Shown piece by piece: positions 36,723-46,364 of a stretch of 52,938 nucleotides of DNA. The first letter of the stretch is position 1, and every line of letters begins with the position of its first letter. Under the pieces are notes generated by a model. The model did not search any database and was not told where the DNA came from. It saw nothing but the letters and a program-made list of their open reading frames with translations. Source of the DNA: an uncultured bacterium (lineage in GTDB: Bacteria; Babelota; Babeliae; Babelales; RVW-14); assembly GCA_903825355.1 (NCBI GenBank), contig CAIKAH010000048.1:1-52938 (forward strand). Direction: 5' to 3'. The position numbers and the translations under genes were made by a program.

Positions 36723-38069
36723 TTAAAAGTAATAGCGAGAATGAGAGACCTCCTTGTGCTCTGATGTATTGCAATCATCTACCCCTTGGTAAAGATCTTG
36801 ATAATCATGCCAATTAAACGGAATCGTCCTAGGGTGGCGAATTGATGATTTATCAAGCATTCCCCATAAATCAATTGCAATAAACCAATCATAAAAAGAT
36901 CGATAGGTCTGTGGAAGCTTTTCTATGTTTTTCCTCAAGTAATTTTGCGTATCATAAAATGCGGCATAGGTTCCGCCTCTTCTGAATATCAATTTTTCAA
37001 TATAGGAGCGAAACTGACACATGAATTCATCTTCTGAAAGAGAGAAACCGTAATCTTGTAATTTTTCACCTATTGCGAAAATATTCAACATTGTTAAGTA
37101 GCATTTTACGCAACGATTGCAGTGTGTATATGATGTATCGCCTTTTTTGTGATGGCTACATACCACAAGCTGAGGTTTTGAGATTTTTTTTTCTGTGCAA
37201 AACATTGAAATAAATTTTATTTTGTCATTTCTAGTCATTGTAAATATATCATGCTTCACTTGTAGTCCCATGGGAGTTAGGTTTTCATCAATCAGGGGCG
37301 ATGCTGGTTGTTGCAACGTTTGGCCATCTGGAAAAATAAAGGACTTCCAGGTAAAGGCAGAGGGAATATACAATAAGGGTATTCCTTTTGTGTATAGAAA
37401 AGGGGCTGCTGTACCAATCCATGATAAGCTCATGGTGGTATCCCAAAACCATTTAGATATATCGACAGATGCTTTATCAAGAAAAGTGAGTTTTAAAAAA
37501 TCATAATAATTCAGGTAAATTGTGTAGCAATTAAAATGATGCTTGTTGGCAAAATTCATAGCATTTTTGTGTGCATCATTAAAAGAAATGAGTGCTAGGT
37601 TTTCATCAAAATGACGCAGCAGGGTGGTTGTAGAGTCAAGGCCTCCAGTAAATAAAGAAGCTGCTTGAATAGTTTTTTTAAGTAAGGTGTTTTTTACAAG
37701 CCTCTCTGGTTTTAGCTCTCCGTTCCAAGAAGTATTGTAAAAAAATCGTTTGAAGAAAGTTTTTATTTTGATTAATGAGTAAAAGAGATTTTCGTCCATC
37801 TCTTCGATGGTATATTCTTTCCCAGATAGCCAGATGACCGGAATAACATTGGTAATTAGCGGAATGTCTACGATAGATGTGGGAAGGCAGCCCAGGTCTA
37901 CTTCTTGAGGATACGAAATAAGCAGGGGTTGTCGAATATATTTCTTGCTAAATTCTGCTGATAAATAAAAACAGACGCTATTATGGTTAATTCTTTTTGT
38001 TTGGATTAATGGCTCTGGGCTACAGGCTCTAACCATAAACCAAGCTAAAAGTAGGTATTTTTGGCACAA
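36723..38069 (-). CDS. PP-loop (adenine-nucleotide alpha-hydrolase-like) protein with Cys cluster; probable glycan/cell-wall modifying enzyme
   Basis: SLFTGGLDST PP-loop variant; VC...HCNRCVKCYLT.L.I..G; TTG start uncertain. Confidence 0.68.
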   Translation of the reverse strand: MCQKYLLLAWFMVRACSPEPLIQTKRINHNSVCFYLSAEFSKKYIRQPLLISYPQEVDLGCLPTSIVDIPLITNVIPVIWLSGKEYTIEEMDENLFYSLIKIKTFFKRFFYNTSWNGELKPERLVKNTLLKKTIQAASLFTGGLDSTTTLLRHFDENLALISFNDAHKNAMNFANKHHFNCYTIYLNYYDFLKLTFLDKASVDISKWFWDTTMSLSWIGTAAPFLYTKGIPLLYIPSAFTWKSFIFPDGQTLQQPASPLIDENLTPMGLQVKHDIFTMTRNDKIKFISMFCTEKKISKPQLVVCSHHKKGDTSYTHCNRCVKCYLTMLNIFAIGEKLQDYGFSLSEDEFMCQFRSYIEKLIFRRGGTYAAFYDTQNYLRKNIEKLPQTYRSFYDWFIAIDLWGMLDKSSIRHPRTIPFNWHDYQDLYQGVDDCNTSEHKEVSHSRYYF

Positions 38070-38084
38070 CGAACGACCATTTTT

Positions 38085-38774
38085 TTAGCTAGAAATTTGG
38101 ACTAAGAAAGCATTTCCATTTTCTAGTGTGAATTGATTGGCAAAGGGAGGTTCTGTTGCAGTCGAGGCATCTAGATAAAAACATAAATAATCATTTGCAG
38201 AAAATGCTCTAATGTCGCTATAGGTAAGAGAACAAGCTCCTGGCTCTCTTATGTGAATAGCTGCAACAGGTAGCGTGGGGCCACCATTAATTTTAACACC
38301 AAGTCTATAAGTGGTGGTTATAAACGAACCTTCATCAGAAGTATCTACTGAAAAATGCAGATTAAAGTTAATTTGATAAACGCCACTTTGTCTAATCGTT
38401 ATTCTTGCTGGTTCGGTTATTGATAGTGTCATGCGAGATGAAAGGTCTATTGTATTAAAAGGTACTGGATACCAGACGCTCGAATCATGAAAATTTATAG
38501 ATCCTGAAGAGAGAGACATTTTGCCGTACGAGGCTGAAAATGTTGATGGAATACCAGGATACGTGACTGTTTTGTCTACCCTAAGATTACCTTTGATATA
38601 TACATTATGGGGAATTGTATATGTTAATAATCGAGATGCGCCCTTACTTTCTTGAGCTACCGAAAACTCTTCACTAGGATTGTTTTGTGTGAGTAACAGA
38701 TCATGCTGTGCGCTAGCTGATGGCAAGAGCGAAATGAGAAGTGCTGCTATATAGAGCGTGTAATTATTTATCAT
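38085..38774 (-). CDS. Secreted protein with BclA-CTD/C1q-like beta-sandwich
   Basis: Signal peptide; VPFNT...ITIRQSGVYQINFNLHF...F.A.D.L.FY pattern. Confidence 0.68.
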   Translation of the reverse strand: MINNYTLYIAALLISLLPSASAQHDLLLTQNNPSEEFSVAQESKGASRLLTYTIPHNVYIKGNLRVDKTVTYPGIPSTFSASYGKMSLSSGSINFHDSSVWYPVPFNTIDLSSRMTLSITEPARITIRQSGVYQINFNLHFSVDTSDEGSFITTTYRLGVKINGGPTLPVAAIHIREPGACSLTYSDIRAFSANDYLCFYLDASTATEPPFANQFTLENGNAFLVQISS

Positions 38775-39024
38775 ATCTTTTTTTCCTGACCCTTTTTTAT
38801 ACAGGACTTTTTTGATAACAGAAAAATTCTTATTGGTAGTGGTTTATTTAATAAAAGCACTACCGTAGCTTGATGCTTTTATGTAATGAAGAAAGAAGTT
38901 TACAATATTTGATGTAAATACTTCGTTAAAATATCTATTAATCGTAATGTTGTCTATCAGTAAGAAAAGTTTTAAAAATGTAGTCCGTTTTATCAGTTGG
39001 TTCGCTGATGTTCTATAACCTAGG

Positions 39025-39849
39025 TTATGCCAGTTTTTTAGCCACGGTTACAATTCGTTCTGTTGTAATTTTATCAAATGTTCCTCTTTCAATGCCACAT
39101 TGCTCAAGAATAGCAAAACCATTGCGCTCCAGCATATCTTTTAGCTGTTCTGCGCTATAAACTTGTAGCGTTTGCATGCTTTGTTTAATAAGAGGGTCGC
39201 TGCTATCGCAATCTTCAATAGCGGTGGTGTATGAGGCTAAAATGCCATCTTGGTTGATGGTGCTATATTGGATGTAGCGGCATTTTTTGTTCTGGTTGGT
39301 TTCTAGCCAGTCAATCGTTAGACTGGTGATATTACGGTTATGGAGCAGATAGCTCAAATTGTTGATGTCAAAAATATATAAACCACCATCTTTCAAATTG
39401 CTATGAATGTTACGCATTGCCTGTTCAAAGTCATCTTTGGTTAGATGGCCGATGGCGTTGAAAATAGTAAGGACTGCATCAAAGGTACCTACTTTCAAGG
39501 TGCGCATATCGCCTTCAATCAACTGTAAGTCTCGTGAAGTATGTTGTGCTTTTCTGTGTGCTATTGCTAGCATCGATGTGCTGATATCACTGCCAACTAC
39601 CTCAAAGCCGCGGGCGGTTAGCCAGAATACCTGTGAACCGGTGCCGCAGGTCATATCGAGTACCGTTTGTACCTGATTTTTATGTAGTATTTGTTCAATC
39701 AGGGCGTTAATTTTTGCTGATGCTTGCTCATTGAACGCATCGTAGTTTGGCGCATCATTATCGTAATGTGAAGCTGTAGCAGTGGTGTGTATCAAGCTAT
39801 GGTTATTATTCAAGTTTTTATCTTTCGCATTAAAGTAAAAATCTATCAT
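39025..39849 (-). CDS. Class I SAM-dependent methyltransferase
   Basis: VLDMTCGTG, GSDIS..ML, GDMR, FDAVLTIFNAIGH, LKDGGLYIFD. Confidence 0.9.
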   Translation of the reverse strand: MIDFYFNAKDKNLNNNHSLIHTTATASHYDNDAPNYDAFNEQASAKINALIEQILHKNQVQTVLDMTCGTGSQVFWLTARGFEVVGSDISTSMLAIAHRKAQHTSRDLQLIEGDMRTLKVGTFDAVLTIFNAIGHLTKDDFEQAMRNIHSNLKDGGLYIFDINNLSYLLHNRNITSLTIDWLETNQNKKCRYIQYSTINQDGILASYTTAIEDCDSSDPLIKQSMQTLQVYSAEQLKDMLERNGFAILEQCGIERGTFDKITTERIVTVAKKLA

Positions 39850-39990
39850 AAAATAGTATAAATGATATAAGTGAGCGCTTGTTTGTAGTAGAAACAGGCG
39901 CTTTTGCTATCGAATTTGCCTAAAATAGGTCACTCTGTTAATCTGAACGCCTGAAAATGGAAAAGTAAAACGCTTTTTTGGGAAGTTTGT

Positions 39991-40503
39991 ATGCCTAGGA
40001 AATTGACGTTATATGTGCTTGTGTGTTTGTTTATTGGTGGTTGTTTCGCTGTTTCAACGGTAAAAGAACATGTTCATACGGTATCCAAAAACATGGTTGC
40101 TTACAGTTTGAATGCGGTCACCTTGTGGACGTCTGCTGTTGAAGCTTTGAAAAGAGATCTTTTTTTTCCTGTCCCCGTTGCGCAAAAAACAGCACATTTT
40201 TTTTACGGGCAAAATAATCAATTATGTCTTGAGAGTTCTGTTTATACTGCATCCGAAGGGCGGCCTGCAAAGGTGCAAGCAATTTCTTTAGAATTTGCCT
40301 ATGATCGCGTAAAAATTCCACGTCAAAATACCATGACTATAAAAATTGAAGATGATACTACCAGTGTTGATGCTCGCTGTACGTTTTCTTATAAACAGTA
40401 TCAGCAAGACACGCCTCTTCCTTTTTCAGTTGCCGCTGTGAGCACCAATCCTAAAGATTTGATATATGATAAAATTCGCGCTGAGGCCATCCGGCGTCCT
40501 TAA
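39991..40503 (+). CDS. Secreted/membrane-anchored hypothetical protein
   Basis: 170-aa ORF with hydrophobic leader LYVLVCLFIGGC. Confidence 0.7.
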   Translation: MPRKLTLYVLVCLFIGGCFAVSTVKEHVHTVSKNMVAYSLNAVTLWTSAVEALKRDLFFPVPVAQKTAHFFYGQNNQLCLESSVYTASEGRPAKVQAISLEFAYDRVKIPRQNTMTIKIEDDTTSVDARCTFSYKQYQQDTPLPFSVAAVSTNPKDLIYDKIRAEAIRRP

Positions 40504-40589
40504 GGGGCTCCTATTCTGGATTATTTCAGATCACCTGTTAGAATGAATGCGTTTTTAGTGATGCATACGTCATTTATAGGGGCTAATTT

Positions 40590-41555
40590 ATGAAGCTGAT
40601 AAAACGTATATGTTTATTGCTTGTGCTCATTGCTGGCAGTTACGGTGGGTATCAGGGGTATAAGTATTATGTCCGTTGCACCTATCTGCCGGTGCGGTAC
40701 CCCTTTATTTCAAATAATGGCTTTCGGTATCTTGCCAAGCACCATTTTGATCAACCTGAGCGGCTGCGTATTAGCCTTACTGGCCAGTCTTTTGATCCAG
40801 CCAATGTCAAAGATGGGGATATTATTTTTATTAAAAATGGGCCTTGGTATCTTGATCGTTTTTTCAAAAATATTCATCCCCGTATTAATGCCCGTTATGT
40901 GCTGCTTTCTCATGGTGGCGATGATGCCGTTCCAGGGGCTTATGAGCAATATCTGGCTGACGAAAAACTGATTGCTTGGTCAGGATGTAATGTTGAGAAA
41001 CCAGAGCTTGCTAAGATGATTCCCCTTCCTATTGGCCAATTTGGTATTTTACAAAAGCGGCTACCCCTTATTTGTAGAGAAATAATAGGGAAAATTTTAG
41101 TGGATCTTCGCTTGGGCAGGATTAAAAAAACAAACTTTTTTTACAACAATCTGGCGATTCACACTAACCATGCTGAACGGACCAAAGCCGTACAACAATT
41201 TAAAGATCAACCATTTTGTTTTAATGCAAATTGTAAGCCATACGAAGCATATTTACGTGAAATGGCCACTTTTAAGTTCGTTTTGAGCCCTCATGGAGCA
41301 GGGTATGACTGCTATAGAACCTGGGAAGCCCTGACCCTAGGGTGTATTCCAGTGGTAAAAAAATCATGTCTTGATATACTGTACACCGGCCTGCCAGTCG
41401 TTATTGTCGACGATTGGGCTGATGCGACAGAAGAATTTTTGAAAACAAAATACAACGAGATGTCGCGCACCACATATCAGCTTGAACGACTTTCGCTTGA
41501 TTACTGGATTGAAAAAATTAAACAACGTGTTAAAGAACTTTCTGCAAGTAGTTAG
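40590..41555 (+). CDS. Exostosin-like (GT47-related) glycosyltransferase
   Basis: N-terminal TM anchor; ISNNGFR, GDIIFIK, PLPIG, KFVLSPHGAGYDCYRTWEALTLGCIPVV, LY.GLPV.IV.DW. Confidence 0.82.
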   Translation: MKLIKRICLLLVLIAGSYGGYQGYKYYVRCTYLPVRYPFISNNGFRYLAKHHFDQPERLRISLTGQSFDPANVKDGDIIFIKNGPWYLDRFFKNIHPRINARYVLLSHGGDDAVPGAYEQYLADEKLIAWSGCNVEKPELAKMIPLPIGQFGILQKRLPLICREIIGKILVDLRLGRIKKTNFFYNNLAIHTNHAERTKAVQQFKDQPFCFNANCKPYEAYLREMATFKFVLSPHGAGYDCYRTWEALTLGCIPVVKKSCLDILYTGLPVVIVDDWADATEEFLKTKYNEMSRTTYQLERLSLDYWIEKIKQRVKELSASS

Positions 41556-41564
41556 GGATTTTTT

Positions 41565-42551
41565 ATGAATGAACAACAAGAACTCAACACTGCTATAGCG
41601 CCAGTAGTTGAGTTACCACCAATAGTCGGAGACGCAAACGAACAAGGTGTTGCTAAACCAGATTATACCAAGCCACTTGATCCTGCGTTGCTTGCTTTGA
41701 TTACCAAAGAGCTTGATGCATTTGAACAAGCCCCCAGGTCTGGATGGGATTTAGCCTATCCTACTCTTTATAAAACATTGCTTGAAATGGTAACTGACAT
41801 TTGCACTGAAATGAATGCCCCGATGCCAGGGCTTTTTCTTGATTACGCTGGTACTAATGCATGTCAGGCGTGGGTAAATCATTTGGTAAATGGAACGAAG
41901 GAATTGCATCTTGGTACTACGTTTATTCGCGCCCAGCTCTTAGATCCTTCACCTGAACATGTCATGCTTAGGCATCGTGCGTTTAGATGGGCGCTTACGC
42001 ATGAAATTGCTCATATAGTTGATCCTACCTTACGGTGGTGGGCTAAACCGCAAGTATCGGGTGTGCGTGTTATCTTACAAAACGTGGCAGGGATGCTTAT
42101 CTTTGCTGGTGTATTTGATATTATTTTTGCGCATATACCGATGCTGCATTATTTTTCTGGTGGAAAAGCATTTTTATTTATTGCTATCGGTTATTTTATA
42201 AAAATTGTGCACAAGTTAGTTGAAGCATGTATGCATCATCTATTTGAATATGTAGCTGATCGTTTTACGCTTCATACCGCTGATCGGTTTACCACTGACG
42301 AGCCGAAATATGCCTTGGCTAATATGAATGCGGCGATAGCAGAAGAAGTTGCACGGCAAGAGCAACGAGCAAAGGATGCCTTAGTCGTAGCCAGCAAAGA
42401 ATCATTTATATTGCGCCTTGTGTTGCCTTTCAGATTAGCGCTACTTTTTTGCAAGCAGTGGTATGCGCGATTTAATTTATCATTGCTGCATCCCTCACTT
42501 AAAAAGCGTTTGGCCGCTATGGAAAAACAGCTTGCTTCAATCCGCACATAA
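41565..42551 (+). CDS. M48/HtpX-like membrane zinc metalloprotease
   Basis: LTHEIAHI, two TM helices, FEYVAD, LHPSLKKRL. Confidence 0.78.
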   Translation: MNEQQELNTAIAPVVELPPIVGDANEQGVAKPDYTKPLDPALLALITKELDAFEQAPRSGWDLAYPTLYKTLLEMVTDICTEMNAPMPGLFLDYAGTNACQAWVNHLVNGTKELHLGTTFIRAQLLDPSPEHVMLRHRAFRWALTHEIAHIVDPTLRWWAKPQVSGVRVILQNVAGMLIFAGVFDIIFAHIPMLHYFSGGKAFLFIAIGYFIKIVHKLVEACMHHLFEYVADRFTLHTADRFTTDEPKYALANMNAAIAEEVARQEQRAKDALVVASKESFILRLVLPFRLALLFCKQWYARFNLSLLHPSLKKRLAAMEKQLASIRT

Positions 42552-42604
42552 ACAACATTCGATATATTACACACATTTTCTACCTACTACATGTTGAGCG
42601 CATC

Positions 42605-43681
42605 ATGATGAAAATAGTTTTATTGAGCCTGAGTTTAGTTAATTTTTGTTTCCTACAAAGTGGTTCACCGTATGTAAATATTTATGCTCACGGCCTTACT
42701 ACGAATGCAACCGCAAGCACTAGGTACAAACATTACGTAGGCGGTGAATTTGTAGCACAAGACGGTCCTGAATGGCACCATGGACATGCAGACCAGGCTG
42801 GCACCTTACAATCATGCTTGGGGCAACTTGGTGACATTCTTGTTGTTGCTGATCAATTAAAGCCGTATAGAAATAGCGATAAAAAAATTATTTTATCAGG
42901 CGCTTCAAAAGGTGCTGCGACAATTATAAATACAGTCGGTTTTTTAGCGGCATATGAACCATCATTGTTGCGTGGACTTGCTGCAGTGATTGTAGATTCG
43001 CCATTTGATACCATAGGCCGCGTAGCTGTGAGCCTGGCAAGTAGTGTAGGGTATTCGCTTGGTGGTCAGACGTGGGCAACCATAGCAGAGATGCTAGCAA
43101 GCAATCGCTATGCTCAGTGGTTAGTTCCGCCTTTGACAAAAAGAGGCTTTTGTAATTACGACCCAGAAGATATTGTGCCGCTTACTTCAGTGCAAGAGCT
43201 TTGGCGATATGTGGATAAAAATGTTGTGGTGGTGTTCGTGCATTCGCAAGAAGATGCCATTATATCGGTTGATGCTTCGCGTACGTTGTATATCGAATTG
43301 AAGAAGCAAGGTTTTAATAACTTGTATTTTATTGAAACTGAACAGGGCGAACATGTTGATGCGTTGTGGGGGCCACAGGGTGAAGAAGTTTTTGAAAAAC
43401 TATGTTACATCTACACGCATCATAACTTACCGCTGCCAGAGCATCTCACGGACTTGTTTTTGATAGAGATGCTAGAGCGTTTTGAAGAGGTGGGAGCGAC
43501 GATCTTAGCTGAGCTTAAACCTTCAATTGAAGCCGTTGAGGCTCGCATAACTCCTGTGGTAGAAATTAGCGAATTGGTGCGGGCTGGCTATCGTCGATTA
43601 TTAGGGTACGCTCAAGATGCCAAAAATGCGAGCAGGAGAATTAATTGGAGAAGGGTGTCTGCGGTTTCAGGATTAAGTTAA
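42605..43681 (+). CDS. Secreted alpha/beta-hydrolase (paralogue 1)
   Basis: YAHGL, LSGASKGAATIIN, IVDSPFD, VHSQED, GEH; signal peptide. Confidence 0.85.
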   Translation: MMKIVLLSLSLVNFCFLQSGSPYVNIYAHGLTTNATASTRYKHYVGGEFVAQDGPEWHHGHADQAGTLQSCLGQLGDILVVADQLKPYRNSDKKIILSGASKGAATIINTVGFLAAYEPSLLRGLAAVIVDSPFDTIGRVAVSLASSVGYSLGGQTWATIAEMLASNRYAQWLVPPLTKRGFCNYDPEDIVPLTSVQELWRYVDKNVVVVFVHSQEDAIISVDASRTLYIELKKQGFNNLYFIETEQGEHVDALWGPQGEEVFEKLCYIYTHHNLPLPEHLTDLFLIEMLERFEEVGATILAELKPSIEAVEARITPVVEISELVRAGYRRLLGYAQDAKNASRRINWRRVSAVSGLS

Positions 43682-43710
43682 ATAATGTTTGTTAGGTTGA
43701 GAGAGCTATC

Positions 43711-44814
43711 GTGTTGAATGTATTTTTATTATGCTTAAGCGTTTGTTGCTTTGCTCCGATATATGGTAATGAAGAACAAAATGGAATGGCAATACAACAA
43801 GATGTAGGTGAAAAGCAGCTAACGCCTGCACAAGTTGCTCTTAGTGAGCAAAATATAGCGCCAAAAATACCGTTATATATAAATATTTTTGCCCATGGAC
43901 TTACCGGTAATGCCAATAACCTCAAGCCATATAAAGAGTTCTTGGGGGGTATTATCACTGGGAAAAATGGCCCTGAGTGGGATGAAAGATTGTATGGTAA
44001 ATACGCTGGTCCCTTGCAGTCTTCGTTAGCTCAAGAAAAAGATATCGCAGTGGTAGCCGATCAAATGGCTCTTTATCCACATGCACGATTAATACTTTCT
44101 GGTGTTTCAAAAGGCGCGGCTACCATGATTAATACAGTTGGGTGGCTGGCCAAGCACAATCCTATTTTATTGCGCAATTTGCAAGCGGTGGTGGTGGAAT
44201 CGCCTTTTGATTGTATGGAAAATGTAGCAGCAAATATGGTGCATACTGTTGTTGAAAAATTTGCGAGTGAGCATCTTTCAACCTCAGTTGAGACAACTGT
44301 TGATAGTTATTGCGTGCGCCCATTAGTAAAATATATTGAAAAGATTCGCTTTCGTAATTTCGACCCCGAAGGGATTACTCCTATCAAGGCGGTGCGCGAA
44401 TTATGGCAGGGCGTTGACAAAGAGCTAGTAGTCGTATTTGTCCATTCGCAAGAAGATACGGTTATTTCGGTTAATGCTTCTCGCATGCTGTATATTGCGC
44501 TTAAAGAGCAGGGGTTTAAAAATCTTTATTTTCTAGAGACAGAAAAAGGTGCACATGCTAATGTATTCTGGGGCGCTGATAAAGAAAATGTCTTAGAGCA
44601 ATTGTGTTATATTTATTTGCATCATAATTTACCATTGCCATATGAGCTTTCAGCCGACTATGCTGAGCAATTATTTCAACGGTTTGAAGTTGATAAAGAA
44701 AAAATATTATTTAGATTGCAGCCTACCATTGATGAAGTTAATACACGGGTTCATCCATGGCTTAGCAAAGTTATTGGACCTAAAGGCTTTAGGTTACTTG
44801 GTTATGTAAGATAA
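43711..44814 (+). CDS. Secreted alpha/beta-hydrolase (paralogue 2)
   Basis: FAHGL, LSGVSKGAATMIN, VVESPFD, VHSQED, GAH; colinear with the upstream gene. Confidence 0.85.
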   Translation: MLNVFLLCLSVCCFAPIYGNEEQNGMAIQQDVGEKQLTPAQVALSEQNIAPKIPLYINIFAHGLTGNANNLKPYKEFLGGIITGKNGPEWDERLYGKYAGPLQSSLAQEKDIAVVADQMALYPHARLILSGVSKGAATMINTVGWLAKHNPILLRNLQAVVVESPFDCMENVAANMVHTVVEKFASEHLSTSVETTVDSYCVRPLVKYIEKIRFRNFDPEGITPIKAVRELWQGVDKELVVVFVHSQEDTVISVNASRMLYIALKEQGFKNLYFLETEKGAHANVFWGADKENVLEQLCYIYLHHNLPLPYELSADYAEQLFQRFEVDKEKILFRLQPTIDEVNTRVHPWLSKVIGPKGFRLLGYVR

Positions 44815-44822
44815 GATAGAAG

Positions 44823-44866
44823 TAAATAAAAAAGCCCCTGTAAAATCACAGGGGCTTTTTTATTTA
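44823..44866. terminator. Bidirectional intrinsic terminator
   Basis: taaataaaaaagcccctgt / acaggggcttttttattta inverted repeat between convergent genes. Confidence 0.92.
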
Positions 44867-44875
44867 AGCGCTTTT

Positions 44876-45715
44876 TTAAGCAGTTATTAATTTGTGCCAT
44901 ACGCCAATAAAATCATCAAATGTCATCTGCTGTGCCCGCAGCCCCAGTATTTCTTCAGGAATGCCACTATGCTGACGGTAGTGTGTTGATTTCAAATTAT
45001 TCTTAATAGTTTGTCGTGGCGAGTTAAAACAAAACTTCACAAACTTCCAAAAAGCTTCTTCGTTAGGAATTGCTACAGCATCTGTTTTTGGCTTAAAATA
45101 TAGAAGCCGTGAATGTACTTTTGGAGGAGGGGTAAATGCTCCTGGTTCAATTTTTTCTAATAATTTAAAATGAAAGTGGTGTTGCAAAAATACTGACGTG
45201 GCATTATATGTCCTACCGGCTTTTGCAACAATTTTCTGGGCGACTTCTTCTTGTATCATGACTACGCCTTCAGTAAATAAGTGTTTATTTTTCTGCAGAA
45301 GAAACATGATGGGAAAGGTTATTTGATAGGGCAAGTTTGCAAGCACTACCCATGGCATGCGCTCACGTAAAAGTTCAAAATCAACTTCTAAGATATTTTG
45401 TAATGTAAGTGTAAGTCGCGGATCAGTGACTTCGTTGCCAACTATTTCTGCCCACTCAGGGTCAATTTCAAAACACTGCAGTTGCTTGCAAGGCGTCTTT
45501 GCTAAAATTGAGCGAGTTAAGAACCCGTCCCCACAGCCAATTTCAAGAACGGTAGTATCAGCGGTAACTGTTACCGCAGCAATCATATTGTCAACGGTTG
45601 ACTGCTTGCGTAAAAAGTGTTGGCCAAGTGATTTTTTTTTATATGGCAGTGGCTTACCTGTTTTAGGATCGAGGCGATGATTTGCTTGCTTGGGGGTGTA
45701 GTGGTGGTATTTCAT
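44876..45715 (-). CDS. rsmA: 16S rRNA m6,2A dimethyltransferase KsgA
   Basis: KKSLGQHFL, VLEIGCGDG, EID, ANLPYQIT, MIQEEVA, FTPPPKVHS. Confidence 0.95.
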   Translation of the reverse strand: MKYHHYTPKQANHRLDPKTGKPLPYKKKSLGQHFLRKQSTVDNMIAAVTVTADTTVLEIGCGDGFLTRSILAKTPCKQLQCFEIDPEWAEIVGNEVTDPRLTLTLQNILEVDFELLRERMPWVVLANLPYQITFPIMFLLQKNKHLFTEGVVMIQEEVAQKIVAKAGRTYNATSVFLQHHFHFKLLEKIEPGAFTPPPKVHSRLLYFKPKTDAVAIPNEEAFWKFVKFCFNSPRQTIKNNLKSTHYRQHSGIPEEILGLRAQQMTFDDFIGVWHKLITA

Positions 45716-45813
45716 TAGTTTTTTGCCTAGTAGGGGTGAGTGTGTTTATCTTTACCTGTTGAATGCGTTTTTTTCGTAGGTGGAGAAAGATGGGGCTGTT
45801 CTATGTATTCCTA

Positions 45814-45843
45814 TTGACACACTGTAAATTTAACTGCTATAAT
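45814..45843 (+). promoter_or_regulatory. Sigma70 promoter for ssrA
   Basis: TTGACA-N18-TATAAT with extended -10 (TGcTATAAT). Confidence 0.8.
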
Positions 45844-45881
45844 GACAGTATAGCATAATCGTGCTGATCTTTGAATTACTT

Positions 45882-46281
45882 GGGGGCGTAATGGTCTCGA
45901 CGTTTTATGGTGAGCGAGGAGAGCATGCCAAGGTTGCAGAAGCCCTTGTTAATAAATTCTGTAAAAACAATAAATGCAAATACTTTTGCAACTACTTTTG
46001 GTGCTAGCCACCAACAAGTAGCAGCTTTCGCGTAGTACCTTTAAATAGGTAGCGTTCAAGCTCTTGTGTGTTACTGTGTTTATCCTTTGCCACACTCGTA
46101 TTAATTAGATAAAACGACTATGTGTAGATTTTTTTGTTCTGTAAGCATAGGCGTAACACTGAACCGGCTCAAATCTCAGGGTGCTCTTGTCCAAGGGTTT
46201 GAGTATAACCAAGAGATAAGCATGTAGCGCTTTTCGTGAGTTGTTTAGCGGACATGGGTTCGATTCCCATCGCCTCCACCA
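45882..46281 (+). ncRNA. ssrA: tmRNA
   Basis: 5' GGGGGCGTAATGGTCTCGAC; 3' GACATGGGTTCGATTCCCATCGCCTCCACCA with G3:U pair; tag ORF 45976-46035 ANTFATTFGASHQQVAAFA* after ATAAAT. Confidence 0.94.
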
Positions 46282-46364
46282 TTTTGTCTATGTAAGGTCG
46301 TTAGTGTCAAAAAACTAGCACGTTTCGGGCTCATATGCAAAATAGAAAATGTATTTTCACCAAC

